Source: Gemmatimonadota bacterium (GTDB lineage: Bacteria > Gemmatimonadota > Gemmatimonadetes > Gemmatimonadales > GWC2-71-9). From it: 64,000 nucleotides of DNA. This document shows positions 28,377 to 37,793 of the stretch, in pieces. The position numbers and the translations under genes are program-made. The DNA is taken from positions 35,079-99,078 of the forward strand of contig SHZU01000003.1 of NCBI GenBank assembly GCA_009692115.1, given 5' to 3'. The notes under the pieces were generated by a model. It was not told the origin of the DNA, ran no database searches, and saw nothing but the letters and a program-made list of their open reading frames with translations. Numbering within the stretch: position 1 is the stretch's first letter; each line of letters starts with the position of its first letter.

Positions 28377-28577
28377 CAGGGGTGCCTTGGCGAGGAACGA
28401 CACCGGCCGGGGAACGAAGGTCAAGAGCAGGAGCGGGTCGACGAGACCGTTCGGATGATTGATTGCGAAGATGACCGGGCCCCGCGGCGGTACCCGATTG
28501 GTCCCGGACACGTCGATGCGGCGAAAGAAGAGTCCGAGGATCCAGCCGAGCGTCGCGCGGAGGACGGTGCGGAGCAT
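28374..28577 (-). pseudogene. PlsC-family acyltransferase, N-terminal roughly 68 aa only
   Basis: ATG 3 nt after the rlmN stop. MLRTVLRATLGWILGLFFRRIDVSGTNRVPPRGPVIFAINHPNGLVDPLLLLTFVPRPVSFLAKAPLI carries the acyltransferase His-Asp box (NHPNGLVD). Similarity ends at 28374, and the ORF then reads antisense to the dehydrogenase fragment. Confidence 0.6.
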
Positions 28578-28580
28578 CGG

Positions 28581-29645
28581 TTACCCGGTCGGGGCCGGCT
28601 TGGCGGCGCGCCGCCGTTTCGCTTCCATCTCAACATAGAGCTGGCCGCAGGCAGCGTTGATGTCGAGGCCCCGGCTCCGGCGGACGACGGCTTCGATGCC
28701 GGCCGCTTTGAGGCGTTCGGCAAAGATCCGGATCCGGTTGCCCGAACTCGGCACCAGCCCGTCGCCTCCGCCCGGATGCAGCGGCAAGAGGTTGACGTGG
28801 GCTCCCAGCGGTTTCGCGATGGCAGCGAGTTGGTCCGCGTCGTGGTCGGAGTCGTTGCGGTCCCGGATCATGACATACTCGAAGGTGACCCGGCGGCCGA
28901 AACGGCGCGCCGAGGCGAGGACCTGATCGAGGGGATACTTCTGCTCGATCGGCATCAGCCGGATCCGGGCGTCGGGGTTGGCCGAGTGGAGCGAGATAGC
29001 CAGCCGGAACTGTTCCGGCCGGTTCCGGAGCGCGTCCATCCCCGGCAGAATCCCAACGGTTGAGACGGTGATGTGCCGGGCCCCGATCCCGAGGCCGGCG
29101 GCGTCATTGAGGATCGTCAGGGCGGTGTCGACCGCGGGCCAGTTGAGGAGCGGCTCGCCCATGCCCATGAACACGATGTTGGTGGGGCGGTCGTCCGGGT
29201 TGGCCAGAATGATCTCACGGGCCTGGGCCGCGATTTCGCCGCCGGAGAGATTACGGCGGAAGCCCATCCGCCCCGTCGCGCAAAAGACGCAGCCTAACGC
29301 GCAGCCCGCCTGCGAGGAAATGCACAAGGTCCGGCGGGTTCCGCTTGGAATCAGGACCGACTCCACCGCTTCACGGTCGGCAAGGCGCCAGAGGTACTTC
29401 TTGGTCCCGTCCGCGGAAACTTCGACCGATGCGGCCGTCAGCCGAAGGAGGGGCCAATCCTTGGCCAGTGCCTCCCTGAGCGTGCCCGGCAGCTCGGTTG
29501 CGTCGCTCCAGGAACCGATCGGCGCAATCCAGAGCCGGCGGAGGATTTGGTCGGTGCGGTAGCCGGGGAGGGCGTGCGCCGCGACCCAGGTGTCGATCGT
29601 GGAACGCGCCTCGGCGGGCGACAGGTCGAGAATGCTGGGGGCCAT
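28581..29645 (-). CDS. rlmN: 23S rRNA (adenine2503-C2)/tRNA methyltransferase, radical SAM
   Basis: Trimmed to ATG 29645 (MAPSILDLSPAEARSTIDTW...). Motifs CALGCVFCATG and MGMGEPL. Confidence 0.9.
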   Translation of the reverse strand: MAPSILDLSPAEARSTIDTWVAAHALPGYRTDQILRRLWIAPIGSWSDATELPGTLREALAKDWPLLRLTAASVEVSADGTKKYLWRLADREAVESVLIPSGTRRTLCISSQAGCALGCVFCATGRMGFRRNLSGGEIAAQAREIILANPDDRPTNIVFMGMGEPLLNWPAVDTALTILNDAAGLGIGARHITVSTVGILPGMDALRNRPEQFRLAISLHSANPDARIRLMPIEQKYPLDQVLASARRFGRRVTFEYVMIRDRNDSDHDADQLAAIAKPLGAHVNLLPLHPGGGDGLVPSSGNRIRIFAERLKAAGIEAVVRRSRGLDINAACGQLYVEMEAKRRRAAKPAPTG

Positions 29646-29761
29646 GGCGGGAAAGGTAACGATCCACCACCGGGCTGGCGAACACCCGGAAGAACTCACG
29701 TAACTCCTCTTGTTCCAATTGCTTGCCCGCAGGCAACCGGCGGCGTTACGTTTGGCCAATT

Positions 29762-31564
29762 ATGCTATCATCACCCGACCGAACGGCCCACCGAACCCAT
29801 CGCGCCGGCTCTCTGACCAAGGCGAACCTCGGGCAGACCGTCCACGTCGCCGGCTGGGTCCACCGCCGCCGAGATCTCGGCGGCTTGGTGTTCCTCGATC
29901 TCCGCGACCGCGACGGGCTTCTGCAACTCTCGTGCAGCCCCGATTGGAGTTCCGCCGCCGTGATGGCGTGCGCTGGTTCGCTCGGGGTCGAAACCGTCAT
30001 CCTCGCGACCGGGCGGGTTGAACTCCGGCCCAACCCGGCCCGCGACGCGGACATGACGTCCCGGGAAGTCGAAGTCTACGTCACCGAGTTGGTCGTGGTC
30101 GGGCCCGCGGGTACCCCGGCTATTCCGGTGGCCCGGAAGGACAACGAAGAGCTCTCGTCGGAGGAACTCCGGCTGCGACACCGGGTGCTCGATCTCCGTC
30201 GCCCCGAGTTGCAGCGGAATCTTGTGTTGCGCCACCGGTTGGCGCAACGGGCCCGGGGCGTGCTGAGCGACTTGGGGTTTCTCGAGGTCGAAACCCCGAT
30301 CTTGACCAAGCCAACCCCTGAGGGGGCCCGGGACTACCTGGTGCCCTCGCGGGTTCATCCGGGCGAGTTCTATGCCCTGCCGCAGTCGCCCCAGATCTAC
30401 AAGCAACTGCTCATGGTGGCGGGATTCGATCGCTATTTCCAGATCGCCCGTTGTTTCCGCGATGAGGACCTTCGGGCCGATCGGCAGCCGGAGTTCACCC
30501 AGATCGATATCGAGGCCTCGTTCGTTTCGGCGGATGACGTCATGGGGTTCATCGAAGCGGTGCTCGAAGGTCTCTGGGCGGAGGCGGGCCAGCCGGTGCC
30601 GATCCCGTTTCCCCGCCTCACGTTCGCCGAAGCGATGGAGCGGTTCGGGATCGACAAGCCGGACTGCCGGTTCGGGCTCGAGATCAGCGATCTCACCGCG
30701 CAGTTAGGCGCGGACCGGGCCCCCTTCCTCTCGGACGCCGGCCGTGGCGGGATTCGGTTCCGCGGGATCCAGGTCCCCGCGGCTGCCGCGCTCACCCGGA
30801 AGGACTTCGACGCCCTGACCGAGACGGCCAAAGACGCGGGGGCTGGCGGCTTGGTCTGGATGAAGCGCGGGGATGCCGGCTGGGAGGGGCAGGGCGTCAA
30901 AGCGGTCGGGGCCTCGGGCACGGCGGCGTTGGCCGGTTCCCCCGGCGACGTGGTGGTGGCGGTGGTCGGGCCGGACCGGATGACGTCGCCGGCGCTCCAT
31001 GCCGTCCGGACCGCGCTGATTCGCCGGTTGGGGTTGGAGCCGTCGCGGAAACATGCGTTTCTCTGGGTGATCGATTTCCCGCTGTTCGAGCCCGACCCGG
31101 CCACCGGGCAGCACATTTTTGTGCACCATCCGTTCACCTCGCCCCACCCCGACGACGCCGAATTCCTGGAGACGGATCCGGGCCGGTGCCGCGCCGTCCA
31201 TTACGACGCTGTGTACAATGGCAACGAACTCGGCAGCGGGTCGATCCGCATTACCGATCCCGCCCTCCAGGCCCGGGTCTTCAAGCTGTTAGGCATCGAG
31301 GCCGATGATCAGCGGCGCCGGTTTGGATTCCTCCTCGATGCCTTGGCCACCGGGGCCCCGCCGATGGGTGGGTTCGCCATCGGGTTCGACCGCGTCGTCA
31401 TGCTGCTCGCCGGCGCCACCTCGCTCCGCGATGTGATTGCGTTTCCGAAGACCACGGCGGCCCGGGCCCTCTTCGAAGGGGCCCCGACCCCGGTCGAGCA
31501 GAAGGATCTCGATGTCCTGAACCTGGCGATTTGCCCGGCGAATCCGGGGGTACCCGGTGTCTGA
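29762..31564 (+). CDS. aspS: aspartate--tRNA ligase (bacterial type)
   Basis: Trimmed to ATG 29762. Motifs VAGWVHRRRDLGGLVFLDLRDRDG, FRDEDLRADRQPEFTQID and GGFAIGFDR. 600 aa. Confidence 0.95.
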   Translation: MLSSPDRTAHRTHRAGSLTKANLGQTVHVAGWVHRRRDLGGLVFLDLRDRDGLLQLSCSPDWSSAAVMACAGSLGVETVILATGRVELRPNPARDADMTSREVEVYVTELVVVGPAGTPAIPVARKDNEELSSEELRLRHRVLDLRRPELQRNLVLRHRLAQRARGVLSDLGFLEVETPILTKPTPEGARDYLVPSRVHPGEFYALPQSPQIYKQLLMVAGFDRYFQIARCFRDEDLRADRQPEFTQIDIEASFVSADDVMGFIEAVLEGLWAEAGQPVPIPFPRLTFAEAMERFGIDKPDCRFGLEISDLTAQLGADRAPFLSDAGRGGIRFRGIQVPAAAALTRKDFDALTETAKDAGAGGLVWMKRGDAGWEGQGVKAVGASGTAALAGSPGDVVVAVVGPDRMTSPALHAVRTALIRRLGLEPSRKHAFLWVIDFPLFEPDPATGQHIFVHHPFTSPHPDDAEFLETDPGRCRAVHYDAVYNGNELGSGSIRITDPALQARVFKLLGIEADDQRRRFGFLLDALATGAPPMGGFAIGFDRVVMLLAGATSLRDVIAFPKTTAARALFEGAPTPVEQKDLDVLNLAICPANPGVPGV

Positions 31565-32510
31565 AGAAATGACCCAGCGGTTCGGGGTTGAAGGGGCCGA
31601 CCCGCTGCTGCTCGCGGGGATCAACGACGCCAACTTGGTGGAACTCGGCCGGGTCTTGGGCGTTCGCGCCACCCTCCGGGGCGACACCCTGGCGGTCTCG
31701 GGGCCCGGCGAGCAGGTCGATCGGGCCTCACCCATCGTCCAGGGCCTCATCGATCTCGCGAGGATCGGGGAAGCGGTGACCCCCGATGTGATCAGCCGGT
31801 TGGTCACCGACGGCGTCATCCCGGCCGATCTCGCGGCCCCGGGCGAGGGGCGGATCCTCCTGCCCGGCCTCCGCCGGGCGATCCTCCCCAAGACCGTGGG
31901 TCAACGGGACTACCTCCAAGCCATCTCGCAACACGACATCGTCATCGGGATCGGACCCGCCGGTACCGGCAAGACCTATCTGGCGGTTGCCAAGGCCATT
32001 GAGGCGCTGGCCCGCAAGCGGGTCCGCCGGATCATCCTCGCCCGTCCGGCGGTCGAGGCAGGCGAGTCGTTAGGCTTTCTGCCCGGTGATATTCAGGCCA
32101 AGGTCGACCCGTACCTCCGGCCGCTCTACGACGCGCTCGAAGACATGATGCCGCGTGATCGGGTCCAGAAGGCCATCGAGAGCCGGACCATCGAAATCGC
32201 TCCGCTGGCCTACATGCGGGGCCGGACGCTGGCGGACGCATTCATCATTTTGGACGAGGCCCAAAACGCCACCGGCGCCCAGATGAAGATGTTCCTGACC
32301 CGCCTCGGCGTGAACAGCAAGGTGGTGGTCACCGGCGACAAGACCCAGGTCGATCTGCCGAAGCGCGAGGATTCGGGGCTGATCCAGATCGAGCGAATCC
32401 TCCCGGGTATCGACGGCTTGGTGTTCCATTACCTCACCGAGGCCGATGTGGTACGCCACCGGTTGGTTCGCGAAATCATCCGTGCCTACGCCGAGGATCA
32501 GAGCGGCTGA
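31557..32510 (+). CDS. PhoH-like ATPase (YbeZ)
   Basis: Walker A GPAGTGKTYLAV, plus ILDEAQN. The start is either GTG 31557, overlapping the aspS end, or ATG 31569. Confidence 0.88.
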   Translation: MSEEMTQRFGVEGADPLLLAGINDANLVELGRVLGVRATLRGDTLAVSGPGEQVDRASPIVQGLIDLARIGEAVTPDVISRLVTDGVIPADLAAPGEGRILLPGLRRAILPKTVGQRDYLQAISQHDIVIGIGPAGTGKTYLAVAKAIEALARKRVRRIILARPAVEAGESLGFLPGDIQAKVDPYLRPLYDALEDMMPRDRVQKAIESRTIEIAPLAYMRGRTLADAFIILDEAQNATGAQMKMFLTRLGVNSKVVVTGDKTQVDLPKREDSGLIQIERILPGIDGLVFHYLTEADVVRHRLVREIIRAYAEDQSG

Positions 32511-32544
32511 GCGGCGCCGAGCCGGGGCCGGCGAGGCAGCCGTC

Positions 32545-32952
32545 GTGACGGTTGCCGGTCGGCACCCGCCGGTGTCCCGGGTCCGAGTGGTTCAGGTCGT
32601 CCGCGGCGTGCTCGCCGGGGAGCGGGCGCGGGTGGCGATGTCCGTTACCTTCGTCGGGCCGACGCGGATCCGCCAGCTGAATGCCCGGTGGAAACACGCC
32701 GATCGGACCACGGATGTGCTGGCGTTTTCGCTCCCGCTCCCCGACGGGGGTCGGCAGGGTGACGTCTACATCTGTCGGGCGATGGCGGCGGGCGAGGCCA
32801 AGAAACGGGGTATTGCCGTGGGCGAGGAATTGGTCCGGCTGGTGATCCATGGCACCCTGCACGTGCTCGGCTACGACCATCCGGAGGGTGACGGGCGGGT
32901 CCGGTCCACGATGTGGCGGCGCCAGGAAAGGTACCTCGCGTGTCTGGGTTGA
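32545..32952 (+). CDS. ybeY: rRNA maturation endoribonuclease YbeY
   Basis: Zn-binding motif HGTLHVLGYDH. The start is approximate (GTG 32545, after the phoH stop). Confidence 0.85.
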   Translation: MTVAGRHPPVSRVRVVQVVRGVLAGERARVAMSVTFVGPTRIRQLNARWKHADRTTDVLAFSLPLPDGGRQGDVYICRAMAAGEAKKRGIAVGEELVRLVIHGTLHVLGYDHPEGDGRVRSTMWRRQERYLACLG

Positions 32953-34142
32953 TCACCGCGCTCCAGCTTGGTGTCGCGCCAATCCTGGCCGGCCTCTGCA
33001 CGCTCTGGGCCGCGTTGGTGGCGCTCGCCTCGGAAAACGATGCCGGCTTGCCCCGGCTCCTCGGCCCGAGCACAACCGGTGATCACGCCTCGCTCAACCC
33101 GGCTCGCAGTCTCCACGTCATTCATCTCGCGCTCCTGATGATCAGCGCGTTCCTCGCTGGGCTCGCCTTGGCTTGGTGGGCGTGGCCGTTTCCTGAGTCG
33201 CTGCTTCGGTTGGCGCTCGCGGTCGCCGTCGTGTGGGTCGTGGGCGATCTCCTGCCGAGGCTCTGGGCCGCCAACGAACCCGGGCTGGTCCGATTCGACG
33301 GCCGGGTGGCGACGGGATCAATTGCCCTCTTTCAGCCGATTCTCCGCCTGGTGGCCTGGGCCGATCGGGGTGGCCGCCCCCTCGACAATGTCCGGTCCGG
33401 CCGGGGCGGGGACCAGGACGTTCGCGAACGACTGTCCGGCGTCTTCAGCTTGAAGGACATGACGGTCGAGGAGGTCATGACGCCCCGGATGGATGTCATC
33501 TCCGTCGACCTCTCGGCGGTCAAGGGCCAAGTGCTCGAAACCTTGCGGGCGGCGGAACACTCGCGACTGGTCGTCGTGGACGGCGATCCCGACAACGTGG
33601 TGGGAGTCATCTACGCCAAGGATCTCCTGGCCAGCGGCATCTTGCTCGAACAGCCCGATTGGCATCCGTTGGTCCGTCCGGTCGAGTTCGTTCCCGAGGC
33701 CAAGCGGCTCGATCGCCAACTCCGGGATTTCCAACGGGGAGCCGGCCACTTGGTGGTCGTCGTCGATGAGTTCGGGGGCACCTCGGGCATCGTGACGTTG
33801 GAGGATGTGCTGGAACAGATCGTCGGCGAAATCCAGGATGAGCATGACACGGAGGAAGCGCTCCCGATGGTCCGGACCGGCGACGGGGGGTTGACCGTTC
33901 AGGGTCAGGTCCCGCTCGTCGATTTGGAGGCGGAGCTGGAGTATCAGTTTGGCCGTGACGATGTCGGCACCGTGGGCGGATTGGTCTTGGCGCTCGCCGG
34001 GCGGGTTCCCCGCGCTGGTGACGCGGTGCCGGCCGGCGCCTATACCCTGGTGATCGACCAAGTGGCTCGGCGCCGGGTGCGTCGGGTGACCGTCCGGCCC
34101 ACGGTGGCCGCGCCGGCCTCCTCGCCGGGAGATCGCCCGTGA
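32940..34142 (+). CDS. CNNM/DUF21 + CBS pair + CorC_HlyC domain protein (CorB/TlyC-like Mg/Co efflux or hemolysin family)
   Basis: N-terminal TM region, CBS pair (EVMTPRMDVISV...VVGVIYAKDLL) and VVDEFGGTSGIVTLEDVLEQIVGEIQDEHD. GTG 32940 overlaps the ybeY end. Confidence 0.8.
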   Translation: MSGLITALQLGVAPILAGLCTLWAALVALASENDAGLPRLLGPSTTGDHASLNPARSLHVIHLALLMISAFLAGLALAWWAWPFPESLLRLALAVAVVWVVGDLLPRLWAANEPGLVRFDGRVATGSIALFQPILRLVAWADRGGRPLDNVRSGRGGDQDVRERLSGVFSLKDMTVEEVMTPRMDVISVDLSAVKGQVLETLRAAEHSRLVVVDGDPDNVVGVIYAKDLLASGILLEQPDWHPLVRPVEFVPEAKRLDRQLRDFQRGAGHLVVVVDEFGGTSGIVTLEDVLEQIVGEIQDEHDTEEALPMVRTGDGGLTVQGQVPLVDLEAELEYQFGRDDVGTVGGLVLALAGRVPRAGDAVPAGAYTLVIDQVARRRVRRVTVRPTVAAPASSPGDRP

Positions 34143-35344
34143 TCTGGCTGGCGGTCGGCATCGGCTTGCTGGTGACCCTGCTCGGGGCCACCGAAACGGC
34201 GGCGTTGATCACGGTGAGCCGGTCCGATCTGGCCGACGCGGTGTCCCGTCGTTTGAAGGGCGGGGCGGAGACCCTCGATTGGTTGGTGGACGCCGAGCGA
34301 GAACTGGCCGCGGCCACGGCCACCACCGGTCTCGGCATCGCGATTCTGGCGGCGGGTCTTTCCGCGGTGTTCGATGTGGCGACCGGCACGTTGCCATTAT
34401 GGGGCGTCTTGGTTCTGCTCTTGTCGGTGGCCCTCCCGTTCGTGCTGTTCAGCGGATACGTCCTGCCCCATTGGTTGACCGCGCACCGGGCGTCCTGGGT
34501 TGCCGACCTGCTCCGGCCGCTGTTCAAGCCATGGACGCGGGTGGTGGCCTGGTTGCTTCCGGCCCCGACCCAGCGGCCCGCCGCAGACGTCCGGGCGTTG
34601 TGGCGCGAGGGCGCCGCGGGGGCGTTAGGCACCTCGGATGAGTTGGTGATGGTCGGCAACGTCATTACGTTCGCCGAGCGGCCGGTCCGGGAGCTGATGA
34701 CCCCGCGGACCAAGCTGGTGGCCATCCCGGAGGGTGCCGGGTACGACGAGATCCAAGCGGCCTTCATCCACAGCGGTTACAGCCGCCTTCCGGTGTATCG
34801 CGGCACGCTGGACGAGGTGGTCGGCATGGTCCACGTCTTCGATCTGCTGAACGTCAAAGACGCGGCGCCGGTGCCGATCCGGCCGGTTGGGGCCACCCCG
34901 GCCAGCCGGGCCTCGGGTGATGTGCTGCTCGACATGCAACGGGAACGCCGGCATCTGACCGTGGTGTTGGACGAATTCGGCGGCACGTTAGGTATCGTGA
35001 CGCTCGAAGACTTGCTCGAGGCGATGGTCGGCGAGATCTTCGACGAGCACGACGAGACCGCCGAGCGGAAGGCGCCCGATCAGTTCAGCCCGTGGGAAAC
35101 AACCGGAGCCGCCGAGGTGGCCGAACTCGAGGACCGCTTCGGCGTCGCCCTCCCGGCCGGTCCCTCCCAGTCGGTTGGCGGCCGGTTGGCGGAATTGCTG
35201 GGCCGGTTTCCGCGCCCGGGCGAACGGCTCCGGGTGAGCGGTCTCGAGTTCGATGTCCTCGGGGCGACGGCCACGCGGATTGAACGCCTGCTGGTTCGGC
35301 GTGCCGGGGCCGGCCCAGTGCTGCTCGATCGGGAAAGGCGATGA
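34139..35344 (+). CDS. second CNNM/DUF21 + CBS + CorC_HlyC protein (tandem paralog)
   Basis: GTGA overlap with the upstream paralog. Motifs ELMTPRTKLVAI and VLDEFGGTLGIVTLEDLLEAMVGEIFDEHD. Confidence 0.8.
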   Translation: MIWLAVGIGLLVTLLGATETAALITVSRSDLADAVSRRLKGGAETLDWLVDAERELAAATATTGLGIAILAAGLSAVFDVATGTLPLWGVLVLLLSVALPFVLFSGYVLPHWLTAHRASWVADLLRPLFKPWTRVVAWLLPAPTQRPAADVRALWREGAAGALGTSDELVMVGNVITFAERPVRELMTPRTKLVAIPEGAGYDEIQAAFIHSGYSRLPVYRGTLDEVVGMVHVFDLLNVKDAAPVPIRPVGATPASRASGDVLLDMQRERRHLTVVLDEFGGTLGIVTLEDLLEAMVGEIFDEHDETAERKAPDQFSPWETTGAAEVAELEDRFGVALPAGPSQSVGGRLAELLGRFPRPGERLRVSGLEFDVLGATATRIERLLVRRAGAGPVLLDRERR

Positions 35345-36681
35345 CCGGCGACGACGCCTGTCGGCTCTTGGCCCTGGTCCGGAACGGCCAGATTGCCGAC
35401 TTCCTGGCCGAAGCCGAGGAACTCGGGGCCGCCGATCTGGCCGACGTGCTGGCTGAGGCTGACGAAGACGAGCGGGTTGAAATCGTCAAGCTCCTGCCGC
35501 CCTCCCTCTCCGGGTCGGCGCTCTGGGAGTTGCCGGAGGAGGAGCACGCCGAAGACACGCTGGCGGCGTTGGAGCCCGGCGAAGCCGCCGAGATTCTCGA
35601 AGGGCTACCGGACGACGATGCCGCGGATTTGCTCGAGGACCTCGAACCCGAAGAGCAACGGCGAATCCTGGCGGAAGTCGAAGATCCCGAACAGCGCGAA
35701 GAGGTCGCCGACCTGCTCCAGTACGACCGGGAGACCGCCGGCGGCCTGATGACGTCCCAGGTGGTGACGGTGATGGAGCACGAATCGGTCGGGCAGGGGC
35801 TCGACGAGATTCGGCGCCAGGCCGACGAGCTCGAGGATTTCTCCGAGGCCTACGTCGTCGACGGTGAAGGGCGTTTGAAGGGCATCATGTCGTTCAAACG
35901 CTTGGTCCTCTCGGCCCCGGACCGGCCGTTGCGGGAGGTCATGGAAGATCCCGACGTGACCGTGCCGCCGGAGATGGACCAAGAGGAAGTGGCCCGCTTG
36001 ATGGGGCGCTACAACGTGTCGGCCATTCCCGTGGTCAATCGCGACCAACGCCTGCTCGGTCGGATCACGTTCGACGATGTGATGGACGTCGGCGAGGCCG
36101 AAGCCACCGAAGACCTCCTCCGATTCGGCGGCGTCTCGGGCGACGAGGACCTCGGCGCCGGCTGGCGCGAGGCGGTCCGGAGCCGGCTGCCGTGGCTCCT
36201 CGTCAATTTGGCCACCGCCTTCTTCGCGGCCATGGTGCCCCTGTTCTTCAGCGGCACCATTGAACGGCTGGGGTTTCTGGCGGCCTTCATGGGGGTGGTG
36301 GCCGGGATGGGCGGCAATACCGGGACCCAAGCCCTCGCCGTCAACGTCCGGCGGTTGGCGCTCGGTCTGATCGACTTTCGGGAATTCTGGGAGGTCATTC
36401 GGAAGGAAATGGTGGTCGGGGGGATCAATGGTGTGGCCACCGGATTCGTGGCCGGCCTCGTCGCCACCGTCATTAAGGGGAACCCGATGTTCGGCGTGGT
36501 GGTGTTCTTCGCCATGACCGGCAACATGCTGGTGGCGGGCTTCGCCGGGGCTTTCATCCCGATGATCCTCAAGCGGTTCGGGATCGACCCGGCGCTCGCG
36601 TCCTCGGTTTTTGTCACCACCTTTACCGACACCTGCGGGTTCTTCTTTCTCCTCGGGCTCTCGACCTGGCTTCTCCTCTAG
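35341..36681 (+). CDS. mgtE: magnesium transporter MgtE
   Basis: ATGA overlap with the upstream gene. Acidic N-domain, CBS pair and C-terminal TM domain with GMGGNTGTQ. Confidence 0.9.
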   Translation: MTGDDACRLLALVRNGQIADFLAEAEELGAADLADVLAEADEDERVEIVKLLPPSLSGSALWELPEEEHAEDTLAALEPGEAAEILEGLPDDDAADLLEDLEPEEQRRILAEVEDPEQREEVADLLQYDRETAGGLMTSQVVTVMEHESVGQGLDEIRRQADELEDFSEAYVVDGEGRLKGIMSFKRLVLSAPDRPLREVMEDPDVTVPPEMDQEEVARLMGRYNVSAIPVVNRDQRLLGRITFDDVMDVGEAEATEDLLRFGGVSGDEDLGAGWREAVRSRLPWLLVNLATAFFAAMVPLFFSGTIERLGFLAAFMGVVAGMGGNTGTQALAVNVRRLALGLIDFREFWEVIRKEMVVGGINGVATGFVAGLVATVIKGNPMFGVVVFFAMTGNMLVAGFAGAFIPMILKRFGIDPALASSVFVTTFTDTCGFFFLLGLSTWLLL

Positions 36682-36752
36682 CCTGAAGCTGCCTAACCCC
36701 ATTTGCCGCCGCAACTTGCGTGTGATTGCCCGGGGTGCCAGTTTTCCCTGTA

Positions 36753-37793
36753 ATGGAACCCAACCCGTTACTTGCCACCTTGACCGTTGAACACCCCGCT
36801 GCCCTGGCGCGGGCGATTTCAATCGTGGAGAACGGCCGCCCGGGTTTCGAGGAACTGCTCTCGGCTCTGCATCCGAAGCTGGGTCGGGCCCATCGGATCG
36901 GCATCACGGGTCCGCCGGGCGCCGGAAAATCGACCTTGACCCATGAACTCGCGGCCGCCTATCGCGCCCTGGACCTAACGGTGGCCGTCGTGGCGGTCGA
37001 CCCGACCAGTCCGTTTACCGGCGGCGCCCTCCTCGGCGACCGGATTCGAATGGAAGGGGTAGCGCTCGATCCGGGGGTCTTCATTCGGTCGATGGCCACC
37101 CGCGGCTCGCTCGGCGGCCTCGCGACGAGCACCCGGGAGGTCTGCGATGTTCTCGATGCCGCGGGGTTCGACCGGATCCTGATTGAGACCGTGGGCGTCG
37201 GCCAGTCGGAACTCGATGTGGCCCGAATGGCGGATTCGACGGTGCTGGTGCTGGTGCCCGAATCGGGCGATGGGATCCAGACCCTCAAGTCAGGGGTGAT
37301 GGAGATTGCCGACCTCTTTGTGGTGAACAAGGCGGACCGCCCGGGGGCCGAGAAATTGCGGTCGGAAATCGAGGTGACCCTCGGGATTCGGAAGGGGAAT
37401 GCCCTCCGCCGGATCAAGGGCCATCACGGGGTCTCGCTCAAAAAGTTGGGCGTCAAGGACGTCCCCCCGACGCCGGAGCCGGCCGGGTGGGAGCCGCCGG
37501 TGCTGCTGGCGTCCGCCGCGAAGAGCGAGGGCGTCGCTGCCATCGTGGCGGCGGTCACGGCCCACTATGCGGCCATCGAGGCGACGGGTGAGCTGACCGA
37601 GCGCCGTCGTCGCCGGCTCGCCCTCCGGACCCGCGAAGTGGTCAGTCGGGCCGTCGAGCGTTGGGTGTGGCGGGAGGCGACCACCGAGGCCTTGATCGCC
37701 GATCGGATCGATGACATGGTCGCAGGCCGGACCAGCCCGTACGAAGTGGCCGCCCTGGTGGTGGCCGGACTGAAGGAAGGAGCGCTTTCATGA
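36753..37793 (+). CDS. meaB: MeaB/ArgK-type G-protein chaperone of B12-dependent acyl-CoA mutases
   Basis: Trimmed to ATG 36753. P-loop GPPGAGKST, plus ETVGVGQSE and VVNKADR. Confidence 0.85.
   Translation: MEPNPLLATLTVEHPAALARAISIVENGRPGFEELLSALHPKLGRAHRIGITGPPGAGKSTLTHELAAAYRALDLTVAVVAVDPTSPFTGGALLGDRIRMEGVALDPGVFIRSMATRGSLGGLATSTREVCDVLDAAGFDRILIETVGVGQSELDVARMADSTVLVLVPESGDGIQTLKSGVMEIADLFVVNKADRPGAEKLRSEIEVTLGIRKGNALRRIKGHHGVSLKKLGVKDVPPTPEPAGWEPPVLLASAAKSEGVAAIVAAVTAHYAAIEATGELTERRRRRLALRTREVVSRAVERWVWREATTEALIADRIDDMVAGRTSPYEVAALVVAGLKEGALS

Noticed and set aside
27858-29063. A 401-aa plus-strand ORF that looks like a single gene.
   Set aside because: Only residues encoded by about 28035-28376 resemble a protein family (2-hydroxyacid dehydrogenase). 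The rest is antisense to the acyltransferase fragment and rlmN, so I treat it as a truncated remnant.
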